From: Pseudomonadales bacterium
GTDB taxonomy: Bacteria > Pseudomonadota > Gammaproteobacteria > Pseudomonadales > UBA5862
Assembly: GCA_024234215.1 (NCBI GenBank)
Contig: JACKOQ010000001.1
Span: 404,293-468,292 of the forward strand
Reading direction: 5' to 3'
Length of the DNA: 64,000 nt
The notes beneath the pieces are model-generated. The model did no database searches. It saw only the letters and a program-made list of their open reading frames with translations, and had not been told where the DNA came from. Positions 44,417-54,939 of the stretch are shown piece after piece. Position 1 is the stretch's first letter. Every line of letters begins with the position of its first letter. A program made the translations under genes and the position numbers.

Positions 44417-45034
44417 TCACTCCTCGTCGCAGCGGGCCATGCCGCTGCGGTCGAGCAGGTGGCCGAGCTTGTCGGCCTTGGTGGCCAGATAGCGCAGATT
44501 GTGCGGGTTCTGGCCGGTCTCCAGCGGAATTCGCTCCACCACCTCGACCCCTTGCCGTTGCAGTTGTTCGACCTTGCGCGGATTGTTGGTCAGCAGCCGC
44601 ACCCGGCTGACGCCGAGCCATGCCAGCATTTCACCGCACATGCCATAGTCACGCAGATCGGGCTCGAAGCCGAGCCGCTGGTTGGCCTCGACGGTGTCGG
44701 CGCCGCCATCCTGCAGGTGATAGGCCCGTATCTTGTTGATCAGACCAATGCCGCGTCCTTCCTGGCGCAGGTAGAGCAGCACGCCGCGGCCGGTCTCGGC
44801 AATCTGCTGCAGCGCGCTTTGCAGCTGTGAGCCACAGTCGCAACGCAGGCTGAACAGCGCGTCGCCGGTCAGACACTCCGAATGCAGCCGGATCAGCACC
44901 GGCTCACCGCCGCCGATCGACCCCAGTGTCAGCGCCAGATGCTCCTTGCCGGTCGCTTTGTCTTCGAAGGCATGCACCTCGAACTCCCCCCAGGGAGTGG
45001 GTAGTGCCGCCGATGCGATATGTTGGACTGCCAC
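44417..45034 (-). CDS. ribA: GTP cyclohydrolase II (stand-alone, catalytically complete)
   Basis: Intact zinc/catalytic motif [24 protein letters not shown] chose the GTG at 45034 because it is preceded by AAGAGGTGG. The track start is the GTG at 45079. Confidence 0.92.
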   Translation of the reverse strand: MAVQHIASAALPTPWGEFEVHAFEDKATGKEHLALTLGSIGGGEPVLIRLHSECLTGDALFSLRCDCGSQLQSALQQIAETGRGVLLYLRQEGRGIGLINKIRAYHLQDGGADTVEANQRLGFEPDLRDYGMCGEMLAWLGVSRVRLLTNNPRKVEQLQRQGVEVVERIPLETGQNPHNLRYLATKADKLGHLLDRSGMARCDEE

Positions 45035-45123
45035 ACGCCACCTCTTGAACAGCAAGCCGGCGATTTTAGCAACGAACACGCAGCCGAGGCGAATGCCCTG
45101 CTGAGCCGGCTGGGCGTTTCAGG

Positions 45124-45777
45124 TTATTTTTCGACCAACTCCAGCATGCCCTGACGTTCGGAGAGCTCGACGTGCCGCAAAAAGCTCATCCCCAGCAGGA
45201 TCTGCTCGGGCAGATCACCCTCGAGAATGGCCGCCTCGACCTGATGTACGGTGATCTCACCGACCGTCACCTGCTCCAGCACGACCCGGTAGGCTCTCAC
45301 CTGGTGGCTGGCCGTGGTGACCATGGACTCTTCGCCCCGGTAGCGAAAGTCGATGCCAAGCCGACGTGCCTCGGTTTCGCTCATGGCGATGGCCGTGGCG
45401 CCGGTGTCGACCAGCATGGAGACGCTCAGACCATTGATGCTGCCCTGGGTCAGGTATTGCTGCCGGGCATCCGGCACGATGGTGGCCCGTGCGCGCTCTC
45501 TTGGCACAAAGCGGTCGCCGATCTGCTCCGAGAGCCGCAACGGCCTGCGCTCGCCATTCACCTCGACCACGGCCCCATGCGGATCGGCCGAAATCAGGCG
45601 GACTCCGGCGTAGGCCGGCTCGCCCACCCGCAACATCTTCGGTTGACCATTGATGGTCAGCAGTGCCGCGCCATTGAACAGTCCGGAGATGGCAATGTCT
45701 GGTGCCCTGGCGAAGGCGGTGACTGGTGCGGTCAGAAGCAGCAGTGTGATCCAGGCTGTACGACGCATGGGATTCAT
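45124..45777 (-). CDS. retropepsin-like (clan AA) aspartic protease with an N-terminal signal/anchor sequence
   Basis: It starts at the internal ATG (MNPMRRTAWITLLLLTAPVTAFA). The catalytic motif is LVDTGATAIAM. It resembles the bacterial TIGR02281-type family, from memory. Confidence 0.8.
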   Translation of the reverse strand: MNPMRRTAWITLLLLTAPVTAFARAPDIAISGLFNGAALLTINGQPKMLRVGEPAYAGVRLISADPHGAVVEVNGERRPLRLSEQIGDRFVPRERARATIVPDARQQYLTQGSINGLSVSMLVDTGATAIAMSETEARRLGIDFRYRGEESMVTTASHQVRAYRVVLEQVTVGEITVHQVEAAILEGDLPEQILLGMSFLRHVELSERQGMLELVEK

Positions 45778-46016
45778 CCAGATTGGGCCTGAATAAACCT
45801 TAGCACGCCCGCTGCCGATGTGAATGGCGGTCACCCGTTCGGATGCACTCGACTTGGCCTCCGCGCGGCGCTGTCGCCCCAATCTGGCGCAGGATGGTGT
45901 CGAAAAACCGCAACGGGGCTTCCCATCGGCCGGAATGGGCCTCCATGCATCATTGGCATGTAACTTGTCTTGAGTATTTTTTGAGAAATGCCCTGTGTTC
46001 ATGGAGGTTGATTCCC

Positions 46017-46709
46017 ATGCTGTCCCACTCTCGCCATCTTGCCCTGCGCGGTGATGGAACGATGCAGTCGAAGTCTGACATCGACGCGCTGATCGACGGT
46101 TTTGCCAGCTTCAAGCAGGAGTATCTGGCGCGCCACCATGGGCAGCAGAAGCTGAAGATGCAGAATCTGTCGACGCCAAGGGTGATGGTCGTGGGTTGCT
46201 GTGACTCCAGGTTCGATCCGGCCATCATCACCAACTCCGACGCCGGCGACATCTTCGTGGTGCGCAACGTTGCCAACCTGATTCCGCCCTGCCAGCCCGA
46301 CAAGCACTACCAGGAGACCCCGGCAGCGCTCGAATATGGCGTCTGTTACCTCGATGTCGAAGAGCTGATCGTCATGGGGCATGGTCGCTGCAACGGCCTG
46401 CGCACGCTGCTGCACCGTCTGATCGATGGCTCTTTGGCCAGCCATCCGCTGGCGGAGTGGACCGAAATCGCCGAGCAGGCTGCCGAACAGGTGTTGCGCG
46501 CGGGGTTCCGCAGCGATCTCGATTGGCAGGTCGACCAGTTGAGCCGCAAGGCGCTGTCGTTGTCGCTGAACAACCTCGAGCGCTATCCCTTCATCGCCGC
46601 GCGCCTGAACGAGGGGACATTGCGATTGCGTGGCTGGTATTTTGATCCCGACTCAGCCGCCCTCGAAGAGCTGGACAGAGCCAGTGGTCAATTCCGATGG
46701 CTGTGCTGA
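46017..46709 (+). CDS. beta-class carbonic anhydrase
   Basis: Zinc ligand motifs VGCCDSR and GHGRCNG. The ATG at 46017 is preceded by GGAGG 9 nt upstream. An alternative ATG is at 46062. Confidence 0.88.
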   Translation: MLSHSRHLALRGDGTMQSKSDIDALIDGFASFKQEYLARHHGQQKLKMQNLSTPRVMVVGCCDSRFDPAIITNSDAGDIFVVRNVANLIPPCQPDKHYQETPAALEYGVCYLDVEELIVMGHGRCNGLRTLLHRLIDGSLASHPLAEWTEIAEQAAEQVLRAGFRSDLDWQVDQLSRKALSLSLNNLERYPFIAARLNEGTLRLRGWYFDPDSAALEELDRASGQFRWLC

Positions 46710-46752
46710 GCTGTTTCATGCCGTCTGCTGGCGAAGCGTCACACAAAAAAGA

Positions 46753-46785
46753 AAACCCCGGTGCACACCCACCGGGGTTTTCATT
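46753..46785 (+). terminator. rho-independent terminator after the carbonic anhydrase gene
   Basis: AAAACCCCGGTG / CACCGGGGTTTT perfect stem around a short loop, followed by TTTTCATT. A-rich sequence upstream would let it act bidirectionally. Confidence 0.8.
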
Positions 46786-46895
46786 GGGTCTGCCTCCAGT
46801 CTGTCAGCATTTTTGATGCCAGAATGAAAAAACAGTGACCTTGTCTGGGCCGAAAGGCTTGTCGCCGGTGTGCCGAGTTGGTTAAGCTGGTGCGG

Positions 46896-47254
46896 CATGG
46901 AGTTGGCCAGACAATCGCTCTGCCTGGTTGCAGGTGGGGAGGAAAGTCCGGGCTCCACAGGGCAGGGCGCCAGGTAACGCCTGGGGGGCGCGAGCCCACG
47001 GAAAGTGCAACAGAAAAGATACCGCCCGCTGGCGACACATCGTCGGTGTGGTAAGGGTGAAATGGTGCGGTAAGAGCGCACCGCACGGGTGGCAACACGC
47101 GTGGCATGGCAAACCCCGCCCGGAGCAAGACCAAATAGGAATCCATCGGTGCGGCCCGCACCGGATTCGGGTAGGTCGCTAGAGCCGCGGAGTGATTCGC
47201 GGCCCAGATGAATGATTGTCCTCGACAGAACCCGGCTTATCGGCCGGCTCCATG
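46896..47254 (+). ncRNA. rnpB: RNase P RNA, bacterial type A
   Basis: Universally conserved GGAAAGTCCGGGCTCCACAGGGCAGGGCGCCAGGTAACGCCTGGG, GTAAGAGCGCACCG and ACAGAACCCGGCTTAT blocks. P1 pairs CATGGAGTTGGCC with GGCCGGCTCCATG. Confidence 0.95.
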
Positions 47255-47460
47255 CACCCTTCCCCTTCTCATCTCTGCTTCGATTGAACCGTTGCACGGC
47301 GACTGCAATCTGTCTGCGCGGGTCGGTTTCGCGCCAGTCTTGCTCCACACTTGCGAGACTGTTTTGCTTTGGTTGGCAAGTGCTTGATAATAATTTTATC
47401 TATATGATTAAAAAAGAATTTTAATGACAGCGTTTCTGCTGTGAGAGGCCGTGATTTTCC

Positions 47461-47490
47461 TTGACAAGCCCATTTTGCGCTCCATATAGT
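47461..47490 (+). promoter_or_regulatory. candidate Pmra promoter of the dcw cluster
   Basis: TTGACA (47461-47466), an 18-nt spacer, then TATAGT (47485-47490). It sits in an AT-rich region about 70 nt upstream of mraZ. Confidence 0.55.
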
Positions 47491-47521
47491 GTGCGTGGTG
47501 GTGAAAAGTGTCGTTATGTGG
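47489..47521 (+). promoter_or_regulatory. candidate MraZ operator: four GTG[G/T] direct repeats at about 10-bp periodicity
   Basis: GTGT at 47489, GTGG at 47498, (AAA)GTGT at 47508 and GTGG at 47518, immediately downstream of the -10 element. Confidence 0.45.
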
Positions 47522-47562
47522 CGTGAAAGGGCTGAAATGCCCTCCCGCTGGGTGGAAACTTC

Positions 47563-48030
47563 ATGGCATTTCGCGGCATTGCGCAGGTCAGTCTTGATCC
47601 CAAGGGTCGCATTGCGATCCCGGCCCGGTTTCGTGACCAGCTTTTGGCCTGCGGTGGTGCCGGATTGGTGGTGACCATCGATACCCAGCAGAGTTGTTTG
47701 CAGCTTTTTCCGCTCCCGGAATGGGAGGTGCTTCAGGAAAAAATCAGCGCGCTGCCGAGCTTCAATCCGGCCACCCGACGCATTCAGCGACTGTTGCTGG
47801 GTCATGCCAACGATGTCGAGATGGACACGGCAGGGCGCATTCTGTTGCCGCCGCTGCTGCGCGAATACGCCAATCTGGAAAAGAGCAAGCCGGTGATCCT
47901 GCTTGGGCAGGGCAACCGTTTCGAGATCTGGGCCGAGGATCGCTGGAGTGTCGAGCGGGATCGCTGGATCGAAGAGGAGCGCGTCCAGAGTGGCATGGTG
48001 CCGGATGAGCTGCGCGGGTTTTCGATCTGA
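47563..48030 (+). CDS. mraZ: transcriptional regulator MraZ
   Basis: 155 aa with a duplicated SpoVT/AbrB-like motif (DPKGRIAIPARFR and DTAGRILLPPLLR). Confidence 0.96.
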   Translation: MAFRGIAQVSLDPKGRIAIPARFRDQLLACGGAGLVVTIDTQQSCLQLFPLPEWEVLQEKISALPSFNPATRRIQRLLLGHANDVEMDTAGRILLPPLLREYANLEKSKPVILLGQGNRFEIWAEDRWSVERDRWIEEERVQSGMVPDELRGFSI

Positions 48031-48980
48031 TGTCGCGGGAGCCTGTTCCGATCGAGCCGGCGCACAGACCGGTGATGCTGGAGGAAACGATGGCGCTCTG
48101 GTTCAGCGATGGCGGTGGTTGCTACATCGATGGCACCTTCGGTCGTGGCGGGCACAGCGGGGCGCTGTTGCAGCGGTTGAGCGAGCGGGGACGACTGCTG
48201 GCGCTCGACCGTGATCCGGAAGCGATCGCCCATGGCGTGCAGGAATTCGGCGGCGATGCGCGCATCGAGCTGGTCCACGCCGCGTTCGACCAGTTGGAAG
48301 CACTGGCCAGCAGCCGTGGCTGGCGTGGTCAGGTGAGTGGCGTGCTGCTCGATCTGGGGGTCTCATCGCCGCAGCTCGACGAGGCGCGGCGCGGTTTCAG
48401 TTTCATGCGCGATGGGCCGCTCGACATGCGCATGGATCCCAGTCGGGGCGAAAGTGCAGCCCAGTGGCTGGCGCGGGTCGATGAGGCGGAGCTGGAACGG
48501 GTGCTGCGCGAGTATGGTGAAGAGCGCTTCGCTCGCCGCATCGCGGCGGCGATTGTCGCGGCCGGGCGGCAGACACCGCTGCTTGGCACGGTGCAGCTGG
48601 CCAGGGTGGTGGCGGCGGCTCACCCTCGCTGGCCCAAGGATCGTCATCCAGCCACCCAGAGTTTTCAGGCGATCCGCATCGCCATCAACGATGAGTTGAC
48701 GCTGTTGCAGCGTGCACTGGAGCAGGCGCTCGAAGTGCTGGCGATCGGAGGGCGGCTGGTGGTGATCAGCTTCCACTCGCTGGAAGATCGCATCGTCAAG
48801 CGGTTTTTTCGTCACCACGCGCGCGGTGACGATCTGCCGGCCAAGTTGCCGGTGCCGGCCGCTCTGCTCAAGCGCCGCCTGCGGCTGCTGTCGGGTGGTC
48901 AGCGCGCAGGCGAGCAGGAGCTGAACAGCAATCCGCGGGCGCGCAGTGCGGTGCTGCGTGCGGCCGAGAAGCTGGCCTGA
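48030..48980 (+). CDS. rsmH: 16S rRNA (cytosine1402-N4)-methyltransferase
   Basis: 316 aa with HRPVMLEE, DGTFGRGGHS and SFHSLEDRIVK motifs. Confidence 0.96.
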   Translation: MSREPVPIEPAHRPVMLEETMALWFSDGGGCYIDGTFGRGGHSGALLQRLSERGRLLALDRDPEAIAHGVQEFGGDARIELVHAAFDQLEALASSRGWRGQVSGVLLDLGVSSPQLDEARRGFSFMRDGPLDMRMDPSRGESAAQWLARVDEAELERVLREYGEERFARRIAAAIVAAGRQTPLLGTVQLARVVAAAHPRWPKDRHPATQSFQAIRIAINDELTLLQRALEQALEVLAIGGRLVVISFHSLEDRIVKRFFRHHARGDDLPAKLPVPAALLKRRLRLLSGGQRAGEQELNSNPRARSAVLRAAEKLA

Positions 48981-48997
48981 GTTGAAGGCGGAACCCG

Positions 48998-49294
48998 ATG
49001 AAAACAGAACGGAAAACGGGCATGGGCCGAGTGACGAACCTGATATTGGGAGCGCTGGTTGTGGCGGTGGTGGCTTCGGCGATCGCCGTGGTGCAGAGCA
49101 CCCATCTGACCCGGCAGGCGCACGGCGAGCTGCGGGATCTGGAGCGGCAGCGTGACCAGTTGCAGGTCGAGTGGAGCCGCCTGCTGCTCGAGCGCGGCAC
49201 CCTGGCTTCACACGATCGGATCAAGGAGCTGGCCGTCAGCCGGTTGCAGATGGGGGCGCCGGATGCCGCCAATCTGCTGGTGGTGAAGCCATGA
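48998..49294 (+). CDS. ftsL: cell division protein FtsL
   Basis: 98 aa with a single TM helix (LILGALVVAVVASAIAVV) followed by a coiled-coil-like region. It sits between rsmH and ftsI. Confidence 0.88.
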   Translation: MKTERKTGMGRVTNLILGALVVAVVASAIAVVQSTHLTRQAHGELRDLERQRDQLQVEWSRLLLERGTLASHDRIKELAVSRLQMGAPDAANLLVVKP

Positions 49295-51006
49295 AACAGG
49301 CAGTCGCACTGCTGGAACCGGCTTCGGTCTGGCGGCTGCGGCTGGCCGCCGTCCTGCTGTCGGTGGCGGCGCTGGCGATGATGGGGCGGTTGTTCGACCT
49401 GCATGTTTTCGACCGCGACTTCTATCAGCGGCATGGCGACGCGCGGGCCATCCGCACCGAGACGATCGAGGCGCACCGCGGCATGATCATCGACCGCAAT
49501 GGTCATCCGCTGGCAGTGAGTACGCCGCTGGAGTCGATCTGCGCCAATCCCAAATCCGTTTTGGCCGCTGCCGAGCGGATTCCGGAGCTGGCACGCGCGC
49601 TCGAAATCGACCCGAAAGAGCTGATCGCCAAGCTGCAGGCGGGGGCCGCCGCGCGTCGGGAATTTCTCTACCTGCGTCGTCAGCTTCCGCCCGATCTGGC
49701 CAGTGCGATTCTCGATTTGAAGGTGCCGGGCATCTACGGTCGGACCGAATATCGACGTTACTACCCCGATGGCGAGGTGACGGCCCATGTGCTGGGTTTC
49801 ACCAATGTCGACGACCACGGTCAGGAGGGGGTGGAGCTGGCCTTCGATGGCCATCTGCGCGGTCAGGATGGACGGCGCAAGGTGCTGCAGGATCGGCGTG
49901 CCGAGCCGATTCGTGAGCTGAGTCGCATCAGGGATCCGCGTCCGGGCGGAGAGCTCAGGCTCAGTCTCGATGCCCGCATCCAGGCGCTGGCCTACCGCGA
50001 ACTGAAGGCGGCGGTGCAGGAGAATGGCGCCGCCGGTGGTTCGGTGGTGATGCTCGATTCGACCACCGGTGATGTGCTGGCGATGGTCAATCAGCCCTCC
50101 TTCAACCCCAACAACCGCATTGGACTCCAGCCGCACAATCTGCGCAACCGCGCGATCATCGATCTGGTCGAGCCGGGCTCCACGGTCAAGCCCTTCACGT
50201 TGGCGGTGGCGCTGGCGAGCGGCCGTTATCAGCCGAGCACGGTCATCGACACCACGCCGGGATACATCCAGATCAATGGCAAGGTGATTCGTGACGTCCA
50301 CAACTACGGCGTGATCGATCTGAGCCATGTGCTCTCCAAGTCGAGCAATGTCGGCACCATTAAGGTGGCGCTGACGCTGGAAGAGACGGCGGTGCGCGAC
50401 CTGTTCGATCAGGTGGGACTCGGGCGTTCCACCGGCAGTGGCTTTCCTGGTGAGGCGGTGGGATCGCTGCCATCCGGCTCGATGCGCCATCCACTGGTGC
50501 GGGCCACGCTCTCGTTTGGCTATGGGCTGGCCGTGACCCCGCTGCAACTGGCCGAAGCCTATTCGGTGCTGGCCAACGATGGTGTGCGGCGCGGGATCAA
50601 GATTCTGGCCGACAGCGCGGTGGATCCGGGGGTCAGGGTCATCGATTCGCAGGTCAACCGTCAGATCGTCGCGATGCTCGAGCAGGTGGTGACCCCGGGC
50701 GGCACCGGCTTCAAGGCGCGGGTGCCGGGCTACCGGGTGGCCGGCAAGACCGGCACGGTCCACAAGATCGGCACTGGCGGTTATGAGGCGAGCAACTACC
50801 TGTCGGTCTTTGCTGGCTTCGCGCCGGTCGAGCAGCCGCGGGTGGTGGCCGTCATCATCATCGACAACCCCACTGCGGGTGCCTACTACGGTGGTGCGGT
50901 GGCGGCGCCGGTGTTCGGCAAGGTCATGACCGGTACCCTGCGGCTGCTGGATGTGCCGCCCGAGGGCGGCAAGGGGCTGCAGGTGGCCAAGGGTGGCACG
51001 CCATGA
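49291..51006 (+). CDS. ftsI: peptidoglycan D,D-transpeptidase FtsI (PBP3)
   Basis: It starts at the ATG overlapping the ftsL stop. It has the SxxK (STVKPF), SxN (SSN) and KTGT motifs. Confidence 0.95.
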   Translation: MKQAVALLEPASVWRLRLAAVLLSVAALAMMGRLFDLHVFDRDFYQRHGDARAIRTETIEAHRGMIIDRNGHPLAVSTPLESICANPKSVLAAAERIPELARALEIDPKELIAKLQAGAAARREFLYLRRQLPPDLASAILDLKVPGIYGRTEYRRYYPDGEVTAHVLGFTNVDDHGQEGVELAFDGHLRGQDGRRKVLQDRRAEPIRELSRIRDPRPGGELRLSLDARIQALAYRELKAAVQENGAAGGSVVMLDSTTGDVLAMVNQPSFNPNNRIGLQPHNLRNRAIIDLVEPGSTVKPFTLAVALASGRYQPSTVIDTTPGYIQINGKVIRDVHNYGVIDLSHVLSKSSNVGTIKVALTLEETAVRDLFDQVGLGRSTGSGFPGEAVGSLPSGSMRHPLVRATLSFGYGLAVTPLQLAEAYSVLANDGVRRGIKILADSAVDPGVRVIDSQVNRQIVAMLEQVVTPGGTGFKARVPGYRVAGKTGTVHKIGTGGYEASNYLSVFAGFAPVEQPRVVAVIIIDNPTAGAYYGGAVAAPVFGKVMTGTLRLLDVPPEGGKGLQVAKGGTP

Positions 51007-52493
51007 TGCAGCAGCAGACGGGCAGTGCCGCAATGAGTCTCGCCACGCTGCTGGCCATGCCGGGGATGGCCGGCGGTGAGTTGCCGGTGACCGGCCTTGC
51101 GCTCGACAGTCGGCAGGTGCGGCCGGGAGATCTGTTTCTGGCGGTGCCGGGACTGCATGGCGATGGTCGGCGTCATATCGATGCGGCGCTGGCCGCCGGG
51201 GCGGCGGCGGTGCTTTGCGAGGCGGAGGGCTTTGATCCGCCGACGGCCACCACCGCGCCGGTGGTGGCCATTGTGGCGCTGCGGCAGCGGTTGGGTGAAC
51301 TGGCCGACCGCTTCAATCATGCGCCATCGACGCAGCTGCGGGTCACCGGGGTCACCGGCACCAATGGCAAGAGCTCGGTCTGTCATGAGCTGGCGCAGTT
51401 GCTGGGCAGCCAGGGCGATAACTGCGCGGTGATCGGCACCCTGGGCAATGGCTTTCTCGGTCAGTTGTCGCCGACCCGCCACACCACCCCCGATGTCGTG
51501 CAACTGCATGGCCTGCTGGCCCGACTGCTGGCGCAGGGGGCCGATTCGGTGGCGGTGGAGGTCTCTTCACATGCGCTCGATCAGGGGCGGGTCGATGGCG
51601 TGCGCTTCCATGAGGCGGTCTTCACCAACCTGAGCCACGACCATCTCGACTATCACGGCGACATGCAGCGCTACGGCGCCGCCAAGGCGCGGCTGTTCGT
51701 CTGGCCGGGGCTGCAGCGGGTGGTCATCAACCTTGATGACCCGTTCGGTCGTGAACTCCTGAAGCGGGTGCCGGAGGGTGTCGAGGCGCTCTCCTGCAGC
51801 CTGGAGCGGCCCGAGGCCGACCTGCATGCCGAAATCCGGTCGATCGCCCAGGGTGAGCTGCGCGCCTGGCTGACCACCCCTTGGGGACGTGGCGAACTGG
51901 TGACGACGCTGCTCGGTCGTTTCAACCTGGCCAATCTGCTGGCAGCGCTGGCGGTCGCGGCGGGTCGCGGTTTTGAGTTTTCTGCCCTGTTGGCGGCATG
52001 CCGTGCGGTGCGGCCGGTCGAGGGGCGCATGGAGCGGCTGGGCGGTGCCGGCAGGCCCACGGTGGTGATCGATTATGCCCACACGCCAGCGGCGCTGCAG
52101 AGCGTGCTCGAAGCACTGCGCGAGCACTGTGACGGAGCGCTCTGGTGTCTGTTCGGTTGCGGTGGCGACCGTGATCGCGACAAGCGGCCGTTGATGGGGG
52201 CGATTGCCGTCCGCCTGGCCGACCGGGTGATGGTGACCGATGACAATCCGCGCAGTGAGTCGCCCGTCGCCATCACCGACCAGATCCTCTCTGGTGTCGG
52301 TGCGGCCGAGGTGCTGGTTGAGCATGAGCGGTCGCGCGCCATCGAGCAGGTCATCGGACAGGCGGCCGCCGAGGATTGGATTCTGGTGGCTGGCAAGGGG
52401 CATGAGCGTTACCAGGAGGTGGCAGGTCAGCGCCATCCCTGCAACGACCATGCGATCGTCGAGGCCGCGCTGCAAAGGTACCGGGTCGCATGA
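51003..52493 (+). CDS. murE: UDP-N-acetylmuramoyl-L-alanyl-D-glutamate--2,6-diaminopimelate ligase
   Basis: 496 aa with the P-loop GVTGTNGKSS and a DNPR motif (TDDNPRSE). Confidence 0.95.
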   Translation: MMQQQTGSAAMSLATLLAMPGMAGGELPVTGLALDSRQVRPGDLFLAVPGLHGDGRRHIDAALAAGAAAVLCEAEGFDPPTATTAPVVAIVALRQRLGELADRFNHAPSTQLRVTGVTGTNGKSSVCHELAQLLGSQGDNCAVIGTLGNGFLGQLSPTRHTTPDVVQLHGLLARLLAQGADSVAVEVSSHALDQGRVDGVRFHEAVFTNLSHDHLDYHGDMQRYGAAKARLFVWPGLQRVVINLDDPFGRELLKRVPEGVEALSCSLERPEADLHAEIRSIAQGELRAWLTTPWGRGELVTTLLGRFNLANLLAALAVAAGRGFEFSALLAACRAVRPVEGRMERLGGAGRPTVVIDYAHTPAALQSVLEALREHCDGALWCLFGCGGDRDRDKRPLMGAIAVRLADRVMVTDDNPRSESPVAITDQILSGVGAAEVLVEHERSRAIEQVIGQAAAEDWILVAGKGHERYQEVAGQRHPCNDHAIVEAALQRYRVA

Positions 52494-53854
52494 TCGGCAG
52501 CTTCAAGCTGAGTGATTGCTGTGCAGCGTGCGCGGGCCGGCTGCAAGGTGCGGATGTCTGTTTCGGCTCGGTCTGCACCGACACCCGCAAGCTGGTGGCG
52601 GGCGATCTGTTCGTGGCGCTGCCCGGACCGCAATTCGATCCACATCAGTTCATCGATCAGGCCATTGCACGCGGCGCGGTGGCGGCGCTGGTGGAGCAGC
52701 CGATTCCCTATCCGCTGCCGCACTGTCAGGTGAGTGACAGCCGGCTGGCGCTGGGGCGGCTGGCGGAGTTGAACCGCGGCCGCTTCACCGGAGAGCTGGT
52801 GGCGATCACCGGCAGTTGCGGCAAGAGCACGGCCAAGGAGCTGACCGCGTCGATTCTGGCTGAAGTGGCGCCGACCCATGCCACCCGCGGCAACCTCAAC
52901 AATGAGATCGGCGTGCCGCTGACGCTGCTCGAACTGGAAGCGCAGCACCGCTATGCCGTGCTGGAGCTGGGGGCCAACCACCTGGGCGAGATCGCCTACA
53001 CCGCCGCTCTGGCCAAGCCGAAGGTGGCGGTGATCACCAATTCCGGCGAGGCACATCTGGAGGGTTTTGGCTCTCACGCCGGGGTCGTGATGGCCAAGGG
53101 TGAGATTCTGGATGCCCTGCCGCCTGATGGCGTTGCGGTGTTGAACCGGGATGATGCCGGCTACGACGCCTGGCGTGAACGGGCGGCAGGTCGGCGCGTC
53201 ATCAGCTTCAGCCTGCAGGGCGGCAGCGATGCCGAGATCACCGCGACCGACCAGGTGGCGGATGCGGATGGGCGGTACCGTTTCGAGCTGAACACGCCGG
53301 CAGGCCAGATCGCCGTCGCGCTCAGGCTCTACGGTCGCCACATGGTTTCCAATGCGCTGGCGGCTTCGGCGGCGGCCGTGGCGTTCGGCATCGATCTGAC
53401 CAGCATCGCCCGCGGTCTGTCGCGGGTGAAGCCAACCGCCGGCCGGGTGATGCGGTTGCAGGGCAGTTCCGGTGCAGTGGTGATCGATGACAGTTACAAC
53501 GCCAGCCCGACGGCAGTGAAGGCGGCGATCGATCTGCTCTGCCTGCAGGAGGGGGAGCGCATTCTGGTGCTGGGACAGATGGCCGAACTGGGCGAGACGA
53601 CGCTGGAGCTGCACCGCGACATCGGCCGCCATGCCAGACAGCATGGGGTCGATCAGCTGGTGACGGTCGGTGAGGTGGCGGCAGTGGCGGCCGAAACCTT
53701 CGGTGCCGGCGCCGTGGCCTGCGGCAATGTCGATGCGGCGATTGCCTGGCTGAAGCCACGGTTGCAGCAGGGCTGGGTGGTGCTGATCAAGGGGTCGCGC
53801 AGTGCCCGGCTCGAACGGGTGGTCGAGGCGCTGAGCCAGCAGGAGGTCTGCTGA
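52490..53854 (+). CDS. murF: UDP-N-acetylmuramoyl-tripeptide--D-alanyl-D-alanine ligase
   Basis: 454 aa with the P-loop [12 protein letters not shown]. Position in the dcw order supports the call. Confidence 0.95.
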   Translation: MIGSFKLSDCCAACAGRLQGADVCFGSVCTDTRKLVAGDLFVALPGPQFDPHQFIDQAIARGAVAALVEQPIPYPLPHCQVSDSRLALGRLAELNRGRFTGELVAITGSCGKSTAKELTASILAEVAPTHATRGNLNNEIGVPLTLLELEAQHRYAVLELGANHLGEIAYTAALAKPKVAVITNSGEAHLEGFGSHAGVVMAKGEILDALPPDGVAVLNRDDAGYDAWRERAAGRRVISFSLQGGSDAEITATDQVADADGRYRFELNTPAGQIAVALRLYGRHMVSNALAASAAAVAFGIDLTSIARGLSRVKPTAGRVMRLQGSSGAVVIDDSYNASPTAVKAAIDLLCLQEGERILVLGQMAELGETTLELHRDIGRHARQHGVDQLVTVGEVAAVAAETFGAGAVACGNVDAAIAWLKPRLQQGWVVLIKGSRSARLERVVEALSQQEVC

Positions 53855-54936
53855 TGTTGCTGTGGCTGACAGGTCAGCTGGCCGGTTATGAGTCGCTGTT
53901 CGGCGTGTTCCGCTACCTCACGCTGCGGGCGATTCTCAGCGTGCTGACCGCGCTGGCGATCGCGCTGCTGGCCGGTCCCTGGGTGATCGACCGTCTGGCC
54001 GGATTGCAGATCAAGCAGAGCATCCGCACGCTTGGACCCGCCACCCATCTGAGCAAGGCCGGCACGCCGACGATGGGCGGGGTGCTGATTCTGCTGTCGA
54101 TGCTGACCAGCACGCTGCTGTGGGCCGATCTGAGCAACCGCTACATCCTGCTGCTGCTGGGCGTGACCCTGCTGTTTGGCGCGGTGGGCTGGGTCGATGA
54201 CTACCGCAAGGTGGTGCAGAAGAACTCGATCGGCCTGCCGGCGCGCTGGAAATATTTCTGGCAGTCGCTGATCGGCATCGCCGCCGCGCTGTTCCTGTTC
54301 CAGAATGCCACCATTGCGGAGCAGACCCAGCTGTTGCTGCCCTTCTTCAAGAATGTCTCGATCAACCTCGGGTTGCTGTTCATCCCGCTGGTCTACTTCG
54401 TCATCGTCGGCACCAGCAATGCCGTCAACCTGACCGATGGCCTCGATGGGCTGGCGATCATGTCGACGGTGATGGTCGGCGGTGCATTGGGCCTGTTCGC
54501 CTATGTCGCCGGCCATGCCGGTTTTGCCGACTACCTGCTGATTCCGCACATCAAGGGGGCCGGCGAGGTGCTGGTGTTCTGTGCGGCGATCGTCGGTGCC
54601 GGACTTGGATTTCTCTGGTTCAACGCCTATCCGGCGCAGGTCTTCATGGGCGATGTCGGCGCGCTGGCGCTGGGCGCTGCACTGGGCACCGTGGCGGTCA
54701 TCGTGCGCCAGGAGATCGTGCTGTTCATCATGGGGGGGGTCTTCGTGATGGAGACGGTCTCGGTCATTCTGCAGGTCGGCTACTACAAGCTGACCAAGCG
54801 GCGCATCTTCCGCATGGCGCCGCTGCACCACCACTATGAGCTGAAGGGCTGGCCCGAACCGCGGGTGATCGTCCGTTTCTGGATCATCACCCTGGTGCTG
54901 GTGCTGATCGGTCTGGCCACGCTGAAGCTGAGGTGA
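53854..54936 (+). CDS. mraY: phospho-N-acetylmuramoyl-pentapeptide transferase
   Basis: 360 aa with [22 protein letters not shown] and [12 protein letters not shown] motifs. Confidence 0.97.
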   Translation: MLLWLTGQLAGYESLFGVFRYLTLRAILSVLTALAIALLAGPWVIDRLAGLQIKQSIRTLGPATHLSKAGTPTMGGVLILLSMLTSTLLWADLSNRYILLLLGVTLLFGAVGWVDDYRKVVQKNSIGLPARWKYFWQSLIGIAAALFLFQNATIAEQTQLLLPFFKNVSINLGLLFIPLVYFVIVGTSNAVNLTDGLDGLAIMSTVMVGGALGLFAYVAGHAGFADYLLIPHIKGAGEVLVFCAAIVGAGLGFLWFNAYPAQVFMGDVGALALGAALGTVAVIVRQEIVLFIMGGVFVMETVSVILQVGYYKLTKRRIFRMAPLHHHYELKGWPEPRVIVRFWIITLVLVLIGLATLKLR

Positions 54937-54939
54937 CGC

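Noticed and set aside
46716-47348. A 210-aa minus-strand ORF and smaller ORFs between the carbonic anhydrase gene and mraZ.
   Set aside because: The region encodes RNase P RNA on the plus strand, with conserved GGAAAGTCCGGGC and ACAGAACCCGGCTTAT blocks. The ORFs are artefacts.
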